Shown: positions 26,505 through 35,681 of the stretch, in pieces
Position numbering within the stretch: position 1 is the stretch's first letter
Layout: each line of letters begins with the position of its first letter
Assembly: GCA_021160885.1 (NCBI GenBank)
Contig: JAGHBR010000181.1
Coordinates: 1 to 35,681, forward strand
DNA from: Caldisericaceae bacterium
GTDB lineage: Bacteria > Calditrichota > Calditrichia > Calditrichales > Calditrichaceae
Direction of reading: 5' to 3'
Length of the DNA: 35,681 bases
Made by a program: the position numbers and the translations under genes
Notes under the pieces: generated by a model
Seen by the model: only the letters and a program-made list of their open reading frames with translations
Told to the model about the DNA's origin: nothing
The model's database searches: none

Positions 26505-27673
26505 TTATTTATGGTTGGCAACAAGTTTGGCCGCTATTTCCGCCGTTTTTCGGGCATTGCCTAACCAGGTAAATTTTGCAATGACGTCCTGCCGCGCATT
26601 TTTACCAAGTTGCTGCCGCAGGTCAGGATTATTGATTAATTTCAACAATTTTTCTTTTAATGATTGGGCGTCGTCTGGTTTAAACAAAAGAGCAGTACGT
26701 CCGTCCTCCAGAATGTCGCGAATATTTTCCATGTCTGGCGCTAAAATAGCTTTTTCCATTGCCATGTATTCTAAAATCTTCATAGGTGATGAATAAGGCG
26801 TGGCATGTGGACTGATGGCAACATCCATCATGGCAATGTACTGTTGAATTTGGGCATGAGGAATCCTGCCTAAAAAGCGAATCCACTCTTCATTACCTTT
26901 TTGCTGGTTGAACTCTACCAACTCCTGGTAACTCGGTCCATCTCCGAGAAACAGCATTACGGCATTCAACTGTGGTAATTTAGTTCTTCAAGCACCTCAA
27001 TCAACTTGTCAATATTATGCCAGCGCCTTAAAATGCCAACAAATCCCAGAACTATTTTGCCGGTCAATCCAAGTTTTTCTCTCAAGGTATGGTCGTCAAT
27101 ATTCGGATTAAAGCGTTCAGGATCGGTACCATTGGGCAGAACGGTAATACGTTCAGACGGTACACCATAATCTATTACTATTTTTTTCAAAGGGCTGGAA
27201 ACCACAATAATATGAGGCGCCGCATTAAAAATTTTACGTTCACCATATTCCGATAATTTTGGGAAGTAAACTTTTTCCCACAACCTTTTCTGAATGGAAT
27301 AGGGGGAGTTAACTTCCAGAATCAAAGGTAAGCGATTCTTTTTTGCCGCCCACAAGGCAGCAAAGCTGAAGTGGGCATAGCGGTCGTAAATTAAGTCCGG
27401 TTTAAATTCCTCGATAGCCTTTTGTAACATGCGTTTGCCTTTAACATTGTAAGCAATTTCGGCTAATTCGTAAATCGGCCCGGGAATTTTATTTTTGATC
27501 AAATCCCATTTGGATTCCTTAGCATCCTGAGCTTTGCGGAACTGGGTTTTTTCGCCTACCAGAGAGACCACTTTAACCGTATGCCCTAACTGCTGAAGCC
27601 CGTTAACAATTGACTGAATATGAATCCCCTCTGCTCCATCGCCCAACGTGCGGTGGTGGTACAAAATTCTCAT
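26505..27673 (-). pseudogene. GT4 glycosyltransferase split by a 1-nt frameshift (real lesion or sequencing error)
   Basis: ORF 26966-27673 is the GT4 N-half (HHRT...GIHI...LPNG...GFVG) and ORF 26505-26969 is the C-half (GDGP...SPMKILEYMAM). Adding one A to CTAAATTA at 26979-26981 gives a continuous ...EELKLPQLNAVMLFLGDGP... protein of 389 aa. Confidence 0.85.
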
Positions 27674-28752
27674 AAGCCCAATACCTTAATTTCATCCGCA
27701 ATAGTATCTTTGATTTCCGGCGGTTTAATTTGCTGAACTACCTGCTCATGATTTTCTAAAACATAGCGAATTTTTTCAACCATATCATCAATATTTCTAT
27801 TTTCATAGGTTATGGCGCCCGCCGGTCGGCTACCATTATCACAGGCAACGACCGGTACTTTTAAGGCCAGCGCCTCGAGCACTGAGGAAGCTACCCCGTC
27901 TTTAAAGGGCGTACGCAAATAGAGCCGGGAGCGCGTCATGATAGTTAAAAAGGCATCATGGTCCTGATCACCGGCCAAGATAACATGGTTTTCGAGTTTC
28001 AGCTCTTTAATTAATTGTTGAATATCCTCTGAACCAAGGTCTGAGCCCATGATTATCAAACCAAATTTTGGGTAGATTTTTACTAATTTGGCCACGGCAT
28101 GAATCATATCTTCAATAAAAAATTCAGGGCGGAAAAAGACATAGCTGTAAATTACCGGTTCATGTTCATCAAAAAATTGTTCAACCTGCGGTTTAAGCTG
28201 TACTTTTTCAAAATTAAGATATTGTTTACTAAAGGCCTGAATGGGAATGATTTTATCAGGATTTATTCCATAACCGGCAATGGCTTGCTTTACGGCCTCG
28301 TTATTACAAATAATATGACGCGGCGCGCTGAAAATAAATTTGTACAACGGAGTTAAAAGCGGCGCCTTGGATTGTGGAAAATATTTTTGTACTGGCCCTG
28401 CATGAAAGGTAATGACCGGTCGCCGAAAAGTCAGTAGTGAAATTAACAAAGCCAGCGTGGTTAAAATAAATCCTTTAGGCGAATCGCCATTCAAATGCAT
28501 GTGGATTAAATAGCCTTTCATTCTGTATTTAAAAACCTTTTTAACATAATCCAGACCGCTAAAGACCGGGATAAAATCTCTATCGGTTAAAAACCTTCCT
28601 TTGCCCGTATTTAAAACCTCACAAATGTGTCCCTGTTTTTCCATTTCCTGCTTCAGGAAATAAATGCGCATTCCCCAGCCAGCACGCGGCGGCGGATAAG
28701 AAGAAATTTCCAGAACTTTAATTTGCTTTTTAGGCTGGCTATTATCTTTCAA
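27670..28752 (-). CDS. GT4 glycosyltransferase
   Basis: SSYPPPRAGW, VITFHAG and DGVASSVLEALALKVPVVA. TTG start after AAAGGG. Confidence 0.85.
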   Translation of the reverse strand: MKDNSQPKKQIKVLEISSYPPPRAGWGMRIYFLKQEMEKQGHICEVLNTGKGRFLTDRDFIPVFSGLDYVKKVFKYRMKGYLIHMHLNGDSPKGFILTTLALLISLLTFRRPVITFHAGPVQKYFPQSKAPLLTPLYKFIFSAPRHIICNNEAVKQAIAGYGINPDKIIPIQAFSKQYLNFEKVQLKPQVEQFFDEHEPVIYSYVFFRPEFFIEDMIHAVAKLVKIYPKFGLIIMGSDLGSEDIQQLIKELKLENHVILAGDQDHDAFLTIMTRSRLYLRTPFKDGVASSVLEALALKVPVVACDNGSRPAGAITYENRNIDDMVEKIRYVLENHEQVVQQIKPPEIKDTIADEIKVLGL

Positions 28753-28773
28753 GACGATATCCCTTTCTGTTTA

Positions 28774-31044
28774 TTAAACCACCTGAAAAAACGGCTTACT
28801 TTTTAACAATTTTAGTTGTGTTCCATTAATTGTAATGGTTAATAGAATTTCAGAATTGTTCTGCTGGTGATAATCAATTTCAAAAGAAATTTGAGCACAT
28901 GTTAAACGAAGAGCGGTCTGATGTTTTTCTACCTGCCATTGAATGGTCTCGTTGTGTGGCAAGAATACAAAAGGTACTGTCATTGGAAGATTTGTTTGCA
29001 AAGTCTGACTTAAAACAAAGGCTGGTTGACGATTGCGGTAAGTGGGAGAAATCCAACCTTGCTCAGGCCCCTGGCCGCCTTTGGCCAGATATTGATTAAA
29101 GCGTTTTTCTTCTGGCAGAAGCCAGTGCATCTGCAAACTAACATCATCCTGGTTCGCTTTAAGTGCGTTTTGTTCTGCAAAACTATCAACTTCTGTAGCC
29201 TTATTAAAATGCCAGTTCCACTGCAGTTCAAAAGAAGCATCCTGGCGAGCGAACAAATAATCTAAAACAAGCCAGAATTTTCCCTGGACAAAAACAAAGT
29301 ACCGCCGATGAGTGGGCTGACCTTCGAGCCGATGGTAGCCATAATGTTCACCACAAATAGCGACCATTCCACTTTGATCAAGAGTTGCTAACAGCTTAAA
29401 TTCTGGTGCAAAACTCCATTTTAGAATGCCCACCTGCTCGGCCTGCGATTTGCCATTGATGGTAACCGTGTTGTGAGCGGCCGTGCTTCTAAAATATTTA
29501 TGCCATTCGTATTCACCACGATAGTTTGAAAAACCCGGATCAATTAAGAGTGATTTACCAAAAGGAGAAATTTCAATGGCCAGTAAATCCGCATGGCCGT
29601 GAGCTGCCGAAGGCGTTTCATCGTGGTAAACTCCGTGCGCTAAAGGGCCACAATCCATAAATGAAAAATGGGCGTTTGAATCATACCCGGAACGGAAAAC
29701 ATAATAACCGGATTCCTTCAAAAACAAATATTTTTGTTCGGGAGCTTTTGAAGGCAATTTTTCCCAAACAGTTAACTCCTGAGGCAAAAACATCCAAAAA
29801 GCCTCTTCTTGCAATCTTTCGGCAGCAAACTTCATATCTGGTCTGTTAAACCAGGCAGCCCCAAAACATTGAAATGCTTTAAAATTCCAGTTCGTGGGAT
29901 CGGAAAAATAGATTGAGCGGGCATCGTCAATATCGCCAATATAAGGGAATGTGCCGTCCGGACGCATCATGTACATGGAAAATTCCAGCGCCTTTTCTAC
30001 CCTTTGCAAAATATTTACTGGAATGGTTTGCTTGTTGTGTTTTAATAATGAAATGGTTTGCAGGTAGAAACCCAGTGTAAAATGGTGGTAAAAGGTAGCC
30101 TGTTCAACGCTGCCTCCGTCTTCATGAAATTGCTTTTCCACCTGATCGGATAAAATTTTCAAAGCTTTTTTTTGCCAAAGATTGGCCTTCTTAAAACAAG
30201 GAAACAAAAAACCTACGGCAAACAAAGCGGCGGTTTCGCCAATTAAGTGATTGTAAGGGCTAAAATAAATGGATAGATGGTTACTTAAAAAAAGCCCACT
30301 CCAGTATAAAATCTTTAAAATGGTTCTAATTGTTTGCGGTTCTGGAGAGAGCGAAGCCTGATAAAAATGCAGCGTCCAGATTAAGGCCAGAGCCCGAACA
30401 CCAACTTCCAGAGCACTGGCCCAGGCAATGCCAGTTTGGTAGGGATTTTTATTGTACCAGTCAAGCACCAGCTGGTCAATTTTTACTTTGTATTTTTTTT
30501 CACCGGTTAAAAAATAGGCTTTTGCCAATTCGATTAAGAACTGGAGCCTGTTCACTTCCCAAACATGTTTTACATCACCCGGATTTTGATTAGTAAAAAT
30601 ATCGACATCATTGTAAAAGCCACCGGGAAATGGCTTTAAAGAAACTGGATCAGCATCCCAGGGAATCGGATTAGGTAATTGAAAAGAAACGCCTAAAAAA
30701 CGGAATTTATTCTGTAAAAACTCGTCAGCTCTTTTCAAACTCTGCTCAAACCTATCTGGCAGCAGCTCTTTAAATTGCTCTTTCTTCGATTGATCGGGTA
30801 AATGAGCTAACAAGCGCGTGTATTTTCTATCCTGTAAAAGTTTGTGAATCTGATCTGACTGAAAAAAAGCAATGGCTTCAGGAAACTGGTCTTCGAAAAA
30901 ATTGTAATCATCAGCAAAGTAGTTTTTTACATTTTGCTGGTGGTTTTTCTTTTCAATTAAAATGTGTAACTTTTCTTGTAACCGATATTGAATTTCCGCC
31001 GGAGAAGTTCTGGAAAGTCGTTTAATTTTTGCTTTAATATTCAT
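28774..31044 (-). CDS. Heparinase II/III family protein (alginate-lyase-like N-domain plus Hepar_II_III C-domain)
   Basis: DVKHVWEVNRLQFL, NHLIGE, DGGSVEQATFYHHF, PYIGDID, SGYYVFR, AHGHADLL, LIDPG and RSTAAHNTV. No signal peptide. Confidence 0.9.
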   Translation of the reverse strand: MNIKAKIKRLSRTSPAEIQYRLQEKLHILIEKKNHQQNVKNYFADDYNFFEDQFPEAIAFFQSDQIHKLLQDRKYTRLLAHLPDQSKKEQFKELLPDRFEQSLKRADEFLQNKFRFLGVSFQLPNPIPWDADPVSLKPFPGGFYNDVDIFTNQNPGDVKHVWEVNRLQFLIELAKAYFLTGEKKYKVKIDQLVLDWYNKNPYQTGIAWASALEVGVRALALIWTLHFYQASLSPEPQTIRTILKILYWSGLFLSNHLSIYFSPYNHLIGETAALFAVGFLFPCFKKANLWQKKALKILSDQVEKQFHEDGGSVEQATFYHHFTLGFYLQTISLLKHNKQTIPVNILQRVEKALEFSMYMMRPDGTFPYIGDIDDARSIYFSDPTNWNFKAFQCFGAAWFNRPDMKFAAERLQEEAFWMFLPQELTVWEKLPSKAPEQKYLFLKESGYYVFRSGYDSNAHFSFMDCGPLAHGVYHDETPSAAHGHADLLAIEISPFGKSLLIDPGFSNYRGEYEWHKYFRSTAAHNTVTINGKSQAEQVGILKWSFAPEFKLLATLDQSGMVAICGEHYGYHRLEGQPTHRRYFVFVQGKFWLVLDYLFARQDASFELQWNWHFNKATEVDSFAEQNALKANQDDVSLQMHWLLPEEKRFNQYLAKGGQGPEQGWISPTYRNRQPAFVLSQTLQTNLPMTVPFVFLPHNETIQWQVEKHQTALRLTCAQISFEIDYHQQNNSEILLTITINGTQLKLLKSKPFFQVV

Positions 31045-32123
31045 TGCAACACCGTTGTTTTTAAATCCTTTAATACTTTTTTAACCAAGAATCGATTGTA
31101 AATATTTTCCACAGCTCCACGTTCCCAAAATCTTGAAATTTTCCCCAAATGTGTTACCTGATGAATGAGGAAGAAAATTTTGAACAAAGGTCTTTGATCT
31201 GCTTGTGGATTACCATATCCCTGTAAAAAAGCAGTTTGCATCTGGCGCACCAACTCTATACGAAAAGACGGCTTAAGACTCAGTAAATATAGCTGGTGGT
31301 AAAAACGAGCTAAATCTTTAAAACGGAAATTGATCTCACACTTACCAAAATCCAGTACGGTAATATTTTGCTGAGAAACTAACACATTAGATAAAGAAAA
31401 ATCAGTATGAGCAAAAGACAATTGTTTACTCTGCTCATCCGTCTGTTGCCATAAATGCATTAAATAGTCCAGAATAGACTTTTGCCAGTTTTGATCAAAA
31501 TTTAAATGTGGATTTTTGACCATCTTTTCCATACGAATTACTAAATATTGTTGCAAAAAATTCAAGTCCAAGTTTACCGGATCTTCCAGGAAAGGCACTT
31601 TTTCCTCAGTTGAGAAAGATTGAAATTTTTTCAACCATGCACCAGCGTTAGACAAAATGTCCAGATGTTTCTTTACAAGGTTGTGGTTTGGGAAAAAACC
31701 TAATTGGTTGGTCAATTTCAGCATATTGATACCGGGACTTTTACGTGTGGTTATTACTAAATACTGGTTGTCCATCCACACAGGTTCAATCACCCGAAAT
31801 TGTGAATGATTGCCAAATTTATCAAACCAGAAGCGACTAATTGCAAACTCTTTTTCAATATTTTTTTGTTGCTTCTCAATATTTTCTACTTTGTACAATT
31901 TGACGAAGTAGGAATGGTGTCTTTCCGGCCCGATGGCCACGTTTAATAAGAAAGAAAACGGCCGTTCTAAAAACTGTTTTAAACGAAACTGCTCAGCGGA
32001 AACCGAAAAACGGTCGCTTAACATGTTTAGTAGTTGATTATAATTAAGCAATAATTTTTGTTGCTTAAAATATTTGTCAATGGTGTACTTTGCTTTAAAA
32101 GATAAGAACATTCTTCTTTGCAA
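31041..32123 (-). CDS. APH/choline kinase-family phosphotransferase
   Basis: YFVKLY, EKEF, Brenner-type HTDFSLSNV, VLDFG and DLARF. The start (TTG 32123 or a later ATG) is uncertain. Confidence 0.8.
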   Translation of the reverse strand: MQRRMFLSFKAKYTIDKYFKQQKLLLNYNQLLNMLSDRFSVSAEQFRLKQFLERPFSFLLNVAIGPERHHSYFVKLYKVENIEKQQKNIEKEFAISRFWFDKFGNHSQFRVIEPVWMDNQYLVITTRKSPGINMLKLTNQLGFFPNHNLVKKHLDILSNAGAWLKKFQSFSTEEKVPFLEDPVNLDLNFLQQYLVIRMEKMVKNPHLNFDQNWQKSILDYLMHLWQQTDEQSKQLSFAHTDFSLSNVLVSQQNITVLDFGKCEINFRFKDLARFYHQLYLLSLKPSFRIELVRQMQTAFLQGYGNPQADQRPLFKIFFLIHQVTHLGKISRFWERGAVENIYNRFLVKKVLKDLKTTVLQ

Positions 32124-32129
32124 TTTCCT

Positions 32130-33164
32130 TCAATATTCTTCAAGATATTTGCTTTTACGGCTGCCACAAACATAAGCCTTAAAAACCGGTAAATACATTT
32201 TATTGGTAATATTGATTCTTTTTAATCTGAACAAATCGGAGCCTGGTGGATTAAAGCCTGGAATTTGCGTCAGGGCTAATTTAAAACCCATTTTTTTTAG
32301 TAATCCAATGTGAACATCCTTAAAATCTCTTAGTTGTCCATTGGGGTAAGTAAAAAATTGGCAAGTTCGACCTGTGTGTTCCTCAATAAGCCGTTTGGAT
32401 GTTGTTAATTCTTCTTCAACTTGTTCATTGCTCAACATAATCAAAAGAGAATGAGAATGCGTATGTGAGCCTATTTCCATCCCCTGCTCAGCCAGTTCTT
32501 TAACCTGATTCCAATTCATGAAGGCGTAACGTTGTGCATCTTCTTCAACCGGATGTGTGTCAACTTTTGTTTGAACTTTAAGTTGTTCTAATATTCGATC
32601 TGCTTTTTCACTCGACAAAGATTTCATCCATTTTCTTAATCTTTCGGATGCCTTAATGCGATCGTCAACCGTCTGTAGGTAAAAGTCAAAATTTTGCTCA
32701 ACATCGGTAATAATGACTTTCTGTTGCCGTGTCTTTAAAAACAAATAGGTAACCCAATCCGTCCAGAGGCAGTCTTTAGTCTCAATTAATGAAGTGGTAA
32801 TAAAAAAAGCAGCGCTAACTTCATGTTTCTTTAAAATAGGAAGAGCGTAATCATAATTATTTTTATAGCCGTCATCAAAAGTGATCACCGCGTAATTCTC
32901 CGTCATATTTCCTGATGTTAGAAGATTAAACGCTTGATCCAAAGAAATCACTTTAAATATTTTTTTTAAGAGACTAACCTGGTTTTCAAATTCAGAAACC
33001 GACACCGCATTCCGATATTCATAAGATTCAACAGGCACCTGATCAGGTACAACCGAATGGTAGGTCAAAATGGTAATCGAAGGCTTTTTCCTGTGCAAAG
33101 CCGTTTTATTTTCTCCTATAAAATCTAAAAATTTAAAATATGAAATCTTGATTAAATCACGCAT
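32130..33164 (-). CDS. Polysaccharide deacetylase (CE4, IcaB/PgaB-like)
   Basis: ILTYHSV, ITFDDGY, EIGSHTHSH, FTYPNG and LKRI. Confidence 0.92.
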   Translation of the reverse strand: MRDLIKISYFKFLDFIGENKTALHRKKPSITILTYHSVVPDQVPVESYEYRNAVSVSEFENQVSLLKKIFKVISLDQAFNLLTSGNMTENYAVITFDDGYKNNYDYALPILKKHEVSAAFFITTSLIETKDCLWTDWVTYLFLKTRQQKVIITDVEQNFDFYLQTVDDRIKASERLRKWMKSLSSEKADRILEQLKVQTKVDTHPVEEDAQRYAFMNWNQVKELAEQGMEIGSHTHSHSLLIMLSNEQVEEELTTSKRLIEEHTGRTCQFFTYPNGQLRDFKDVHIGLLKKMGFKLALTQIPGFNPPGSDLFRLKRINITNKMYLPVFKAYVCGSRKSKYLEEY

Positions 33165-33173
33165 CCTGCTTAC

Positions 33174-34298
33174 CTATTGTTGAATCCATTTCAAATAAAT
33201 ATTTTCATAATTTTGAATCATTACCGGTAAAGAAAATTTAGTTCTTGCTTTGCGCAAGGCATTTTGCCCCAGTTTTTTGGCCTGTTCCGGATTTTCGATT
33301 AAATACTTTAAAGCTTCTGTTAATGCTTCAACCGAATTGGAGGTAAATAGCAAGCCATCTTTTCCATGTTCAATAAGTTCAGGATTGCCCCCTACATTGC
33401 TGGCCACAATAGGCAAGCCAGTGGCCATGGCCTCTTGAATTACATTGGAACATCCTTCACTTAAGGAAGATAAAACAAAAATATCAAAGGCATTCAAATA
33501 GCCAGGAATATCCTGCTGATAACTTAAAAATTGGACATCGTCATTTAAATTTAAAGAGCCGGTCAAAGTTTTTAAATCGTCAATCAAAGAATATTTTGGC
33601 GTATCACCAATAATCACAAATTTTGCTTTAATGTTTCTTTTTTTCAATTCAGCTAGCGCCCGAATCATCAGCTGATGGTTCTTTACTTTCATTGGCCGAC
33701 CGACAGTACCAATTAGCACGGTTTGATTGTTGGTTAATAATTGGGATCTGTATTTTGCTCTTTTTTCTAAATCAGGCTTAAATTTTGAAACATCCACACC
33801 GTTCAAAATAGCTACGATTTTTTCACGTTTAACACCAATCGTGCGGCTAATATCATCTGCTAACAAGTCCGAAACTGAAAGCAATTGATCGGTTAAATTG
33901 AATAAGATTCGTTGGACCAGTATCCTTTTACGATCTTTATGAAACGTCCCGTGTTCACCATGAATAATTACCGGCACCCGGGCCAATTTAGCGCCTAAAA
34001 CACCTTCCACTAAAGTGCCCCAGGAATGACTATGCAAAATATCAATCTGTTTTTGCCTTAATATTTTCGCCAGTTTAAAAATTAATAGAGGGTCGTTACC
34101 TTCTTTTTTATTTAATTCAATCACTTCTGTTTTACTGGTATTTAAATTCAAAGAATCAAAAACACGATCAAAAACAATCAAAAAGGGCTCAAACAAATTT
34201 TCATTTAAACCGTTTAATAACTTTACAATACCAACTTCTTTACCTGCCGGGGAAAGATAATTAACCAGATGGGCTACCTTAATTTTTTTAGAGCTCAT
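33174..34298 (-). CDS. GT4 glycosyltransferase
   Basis: AGKE, IHGEHG, NGVD, TVGRPMKVKNH and DIFVLSSLSEGCSNVIQEAMATGLPIVASNVGGNPEL. The ATG at 34298 (MSSKKIKVAHL) overlaps the upstream stop and is preferred to 34385. Confidence 0.92.
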   Translation of the reverse strand: MSSKKIKVAHLVNYLSPAGKEVGIVKLLNGLNENLFEPFLIVFDRVFDSLNLNTSKTEVIELNKKEGNDPLLIFKLAKILRQKQIDILHSHSWGTLVEGVLGAKLARVPVIIHGEHGTFHKDRKRILVQRILFNLTDQLLSVSDLLADDISRTIGVKREKIVAILNGVDVSKFKPDLEKRAKYRSQLLTNNQTVLIGTVGRPMKVKNHQLMIRALAELKKRNIKAKFVIIGDTPKYSLIDDLKTLTGSLNLNDDVQFLSYQQDIPGYLNAFDIFVLSSLSEGCSNVIQEAMATGLPIVASNVGGNPELIEHGKDGLLFTSNSVEALTEALKYLIENPEQAKKLGQNALRKARTKFSLPVMIQNYENIYLKWIQQ

Positions 34299-35664
34299 AT
34301 AAAACCTTTTCAAATTTCTTGGCATATTTTTGATAATTGAATTGATCAACGTAGTCCGGGGCTGGTTTAAATTTAAACTGACCATTCAATATATTCAGCA
34401 CAGCTTGTTCAATGGCATCGATATTTTTAGATGGCGCTAAAATACCTAAATTGCCTTCTGCCAGAACCTGGTGAGTAGCGCTGTTTTCTTCGGCTATGGC
34501 TAAAATTGGCTTGCCAGTGTAAATGTATTCAAATAGTTTTGCCGGAATCTGCAAATCGGTATCAGGTTGTATTAATAATAAAGCGTCAGCCTGAAACATA
34601 GTGGCAATACTCTCATTAAAGCTTACCGGCGGTTTAAAAACCACATAATCTTCTACCTGTAATTCTTTCACTTTTTGATAAATAAATTTTAATTCTGTAA
34701 CCACACTTCCAATAAATTCAAAAACCACCTGCCCAGGAGCAATTAAATCTTTTTGAGCTAAATTTTTAATGGCAATTACTAAAGGTTCGGGATTCCTCCT
34801 TTTGTAAAGGGTGCCCAGGTGTACAAAACGGAAAGCAAGATGTTTTTTTTCGGGCTGTTGAGCTTCCTGATCAACAATAAAATCATCGGGATCGAATCCA
34901 TTGAAAAAGAGGTTGAATTTTTCCGCAGGTAAGTCTTTGTACAATTTTAAATATTCATCGCGCATTTTAGGAGTTACAAAGAACAAATGATCAGCGCTTT
35001 TAACACAAATTTTTTCCACTGTTCTTTCAGTCCAATATCTAAAAATATTTCCCTTGTCCCAGCGCGAAATAGTCCACGGATCGCGAAAATCGAGTACCAA
35101 TTTTTTGTGCATCAATTTTTTCAGCAGCATGGCAATAATAAATGCCGAATGTGGCGGCGCTGTTGTAAGAATTATGTCTATTTTTTCATGACGAATGATA
35201 CGCACGCCTTCAGCAAGGGCATGCGGCAACCAGCCGATGTATTTATCAGGGAATTCGAAAAAAGCGAAGAAGAAGCTACGTAAAGAATTAATTATCTGGT
35301 CTTTCCAGCCTGGGTTTGTTAGTTTTGAAGACTTGTTTAATTTTTTATTTTCTGTTGACTTATTCGATTTCGCAGAAGCTTTATTTCTTTTAAAAATAAG
35401 CCCAATACCCTTTTTTAAATATGTAAAAATATGGGTCAAATCACTTTTGTGCGTACGAAAAACCTTAACGGTTGAAGGGATTTTATCCTGATTGCCCATC
35501 AATTGGCCAAGTTCCTGATTATAATATTTTTCTTTTAAGGTTAAAACTGAAAAATTAAATTTGGAATGATCGATATATTTTAAAATTTTTGCTACTCTTT
35601 TTGTGCCTACCGAAGGATTAGGCGGAAAATTAATTGTTAAAAAAAGGATGTTTTTCTTTGTCAT
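34288..35664 (-). CDS. GT4-like (GT-B) glycosyltransferase
   Basis: NFPP...VGTKR, TTAPPHS, LDFRDPW, NGFD, HLGTLY and IPAKLFEYIYTGKPILA. Confidence 0.88.
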   Translation of the reverse strand: MTKKNILFLTINFPPNPSVGTKRVAKILKYIDHSKFNFSVLTLKEKYYNQELGQLMGNQDKIPSTVKVFRTHKSDLTHIFTYLKKGIGLIFKRNKASAKSNKSTENKKLNKSSKLTNPGWKDQIINSLRSFFFAFFEFPDKYIGWLPHALAEGVRIIRHEKIDIILTTAPPHSAFIIAMLLKKLMHKKLVLDFRDPWTISRWDKGNIFRYWTERTVEKICVKSADHLFFVTPKMRDEYLKLYKDLPAEKFNLFFNGFDPDDFIVDQEAQQPEKKHLAFRFVHLGTLYKRRNPEPLVIAIKNLAQKDLIAPGQVVFEFIGSVVTELKFIYQKVKELQVEDYVVFKPPVSFNESIATMFQADALLLIQPDTDLQIPAKLFEYIYTGKPILAIAEENSATHQVLAEGNLGILAPSKNIDAIEQAVLNILNGQFKFKPAPDYVDQFNYQKYAKKFEKVLYEL

Positions 35665-35681
35665 ATTAAAACCTTTAATAC

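Noticed and set aside
26966-26990. Programmed -1 ribosomal frameshift or phase-variable tract
   Set aside because: There is no X-XXY-YYZ heptamer and the homopolymer is only 3 nt, so a simple indel is more parsimonious.
34299-34385. Longer start for the 403-aa GT4 ORF
   Set aside because: It would overlap the upstream gene by about 100 nt. The ATG at 34298 gives a typical GT4 N-terminus, a short coupled overlap and an upstream AAGG.

Overview
Bacterial DNA, fairly AT-rich. The NYPNPFNP-type C-terminal sorting domains, a GWxTD protein and the intergenic repeat style suggest the FCB superphylum, possibly Calditrichota (inference, not a database result). One + strand gene (5'-truncated TPR/GWxTD protein, 75-2120) converges on about 33 kb of co-oriented, mostly translationally coupled minus-strand genes (35664 to 2742) that probably continue beyond the right edge. 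The upstream half resembles a surface/exopolysaccharide locus: four GT4s (one frameshifted), GT2s, two deacetylases, an APH-type kinase, two heparinase II/III-like proteins, an epimerase, a methyltransferase and an ArnT/PMT-type GT-C. The downstream half is unusual. It holds a CrtE-type GGPP synthase, a UbiA prenyltransferase, a CrtC-like hydratase/cyclase, an RPH/PigC-architecture phospho-His enzyme, a GT1/GT28 glycosyltransferase and a sulfotransferase-like protein, with no crtB/crtI or GGGP synthase in the window. These are interleaved with three paralogous exported proteins carrying a beta-sandwich domain and a duplicated Asp-rich module that I cannot assign to a family. The best candidate for an undescribed system is this isoprenoid (phospho)glycolipid or meroterpenoid module inside a glycan locus. 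Other features: a 97-bp MITE with a dRS3-like core, several 7/8-mer repeat and palindromic intergenic elements, and a 69-bp duplication at the window start that looks like a contig-end artefact. No rRNA, tRNA, CRISPR array or transposase was seen.
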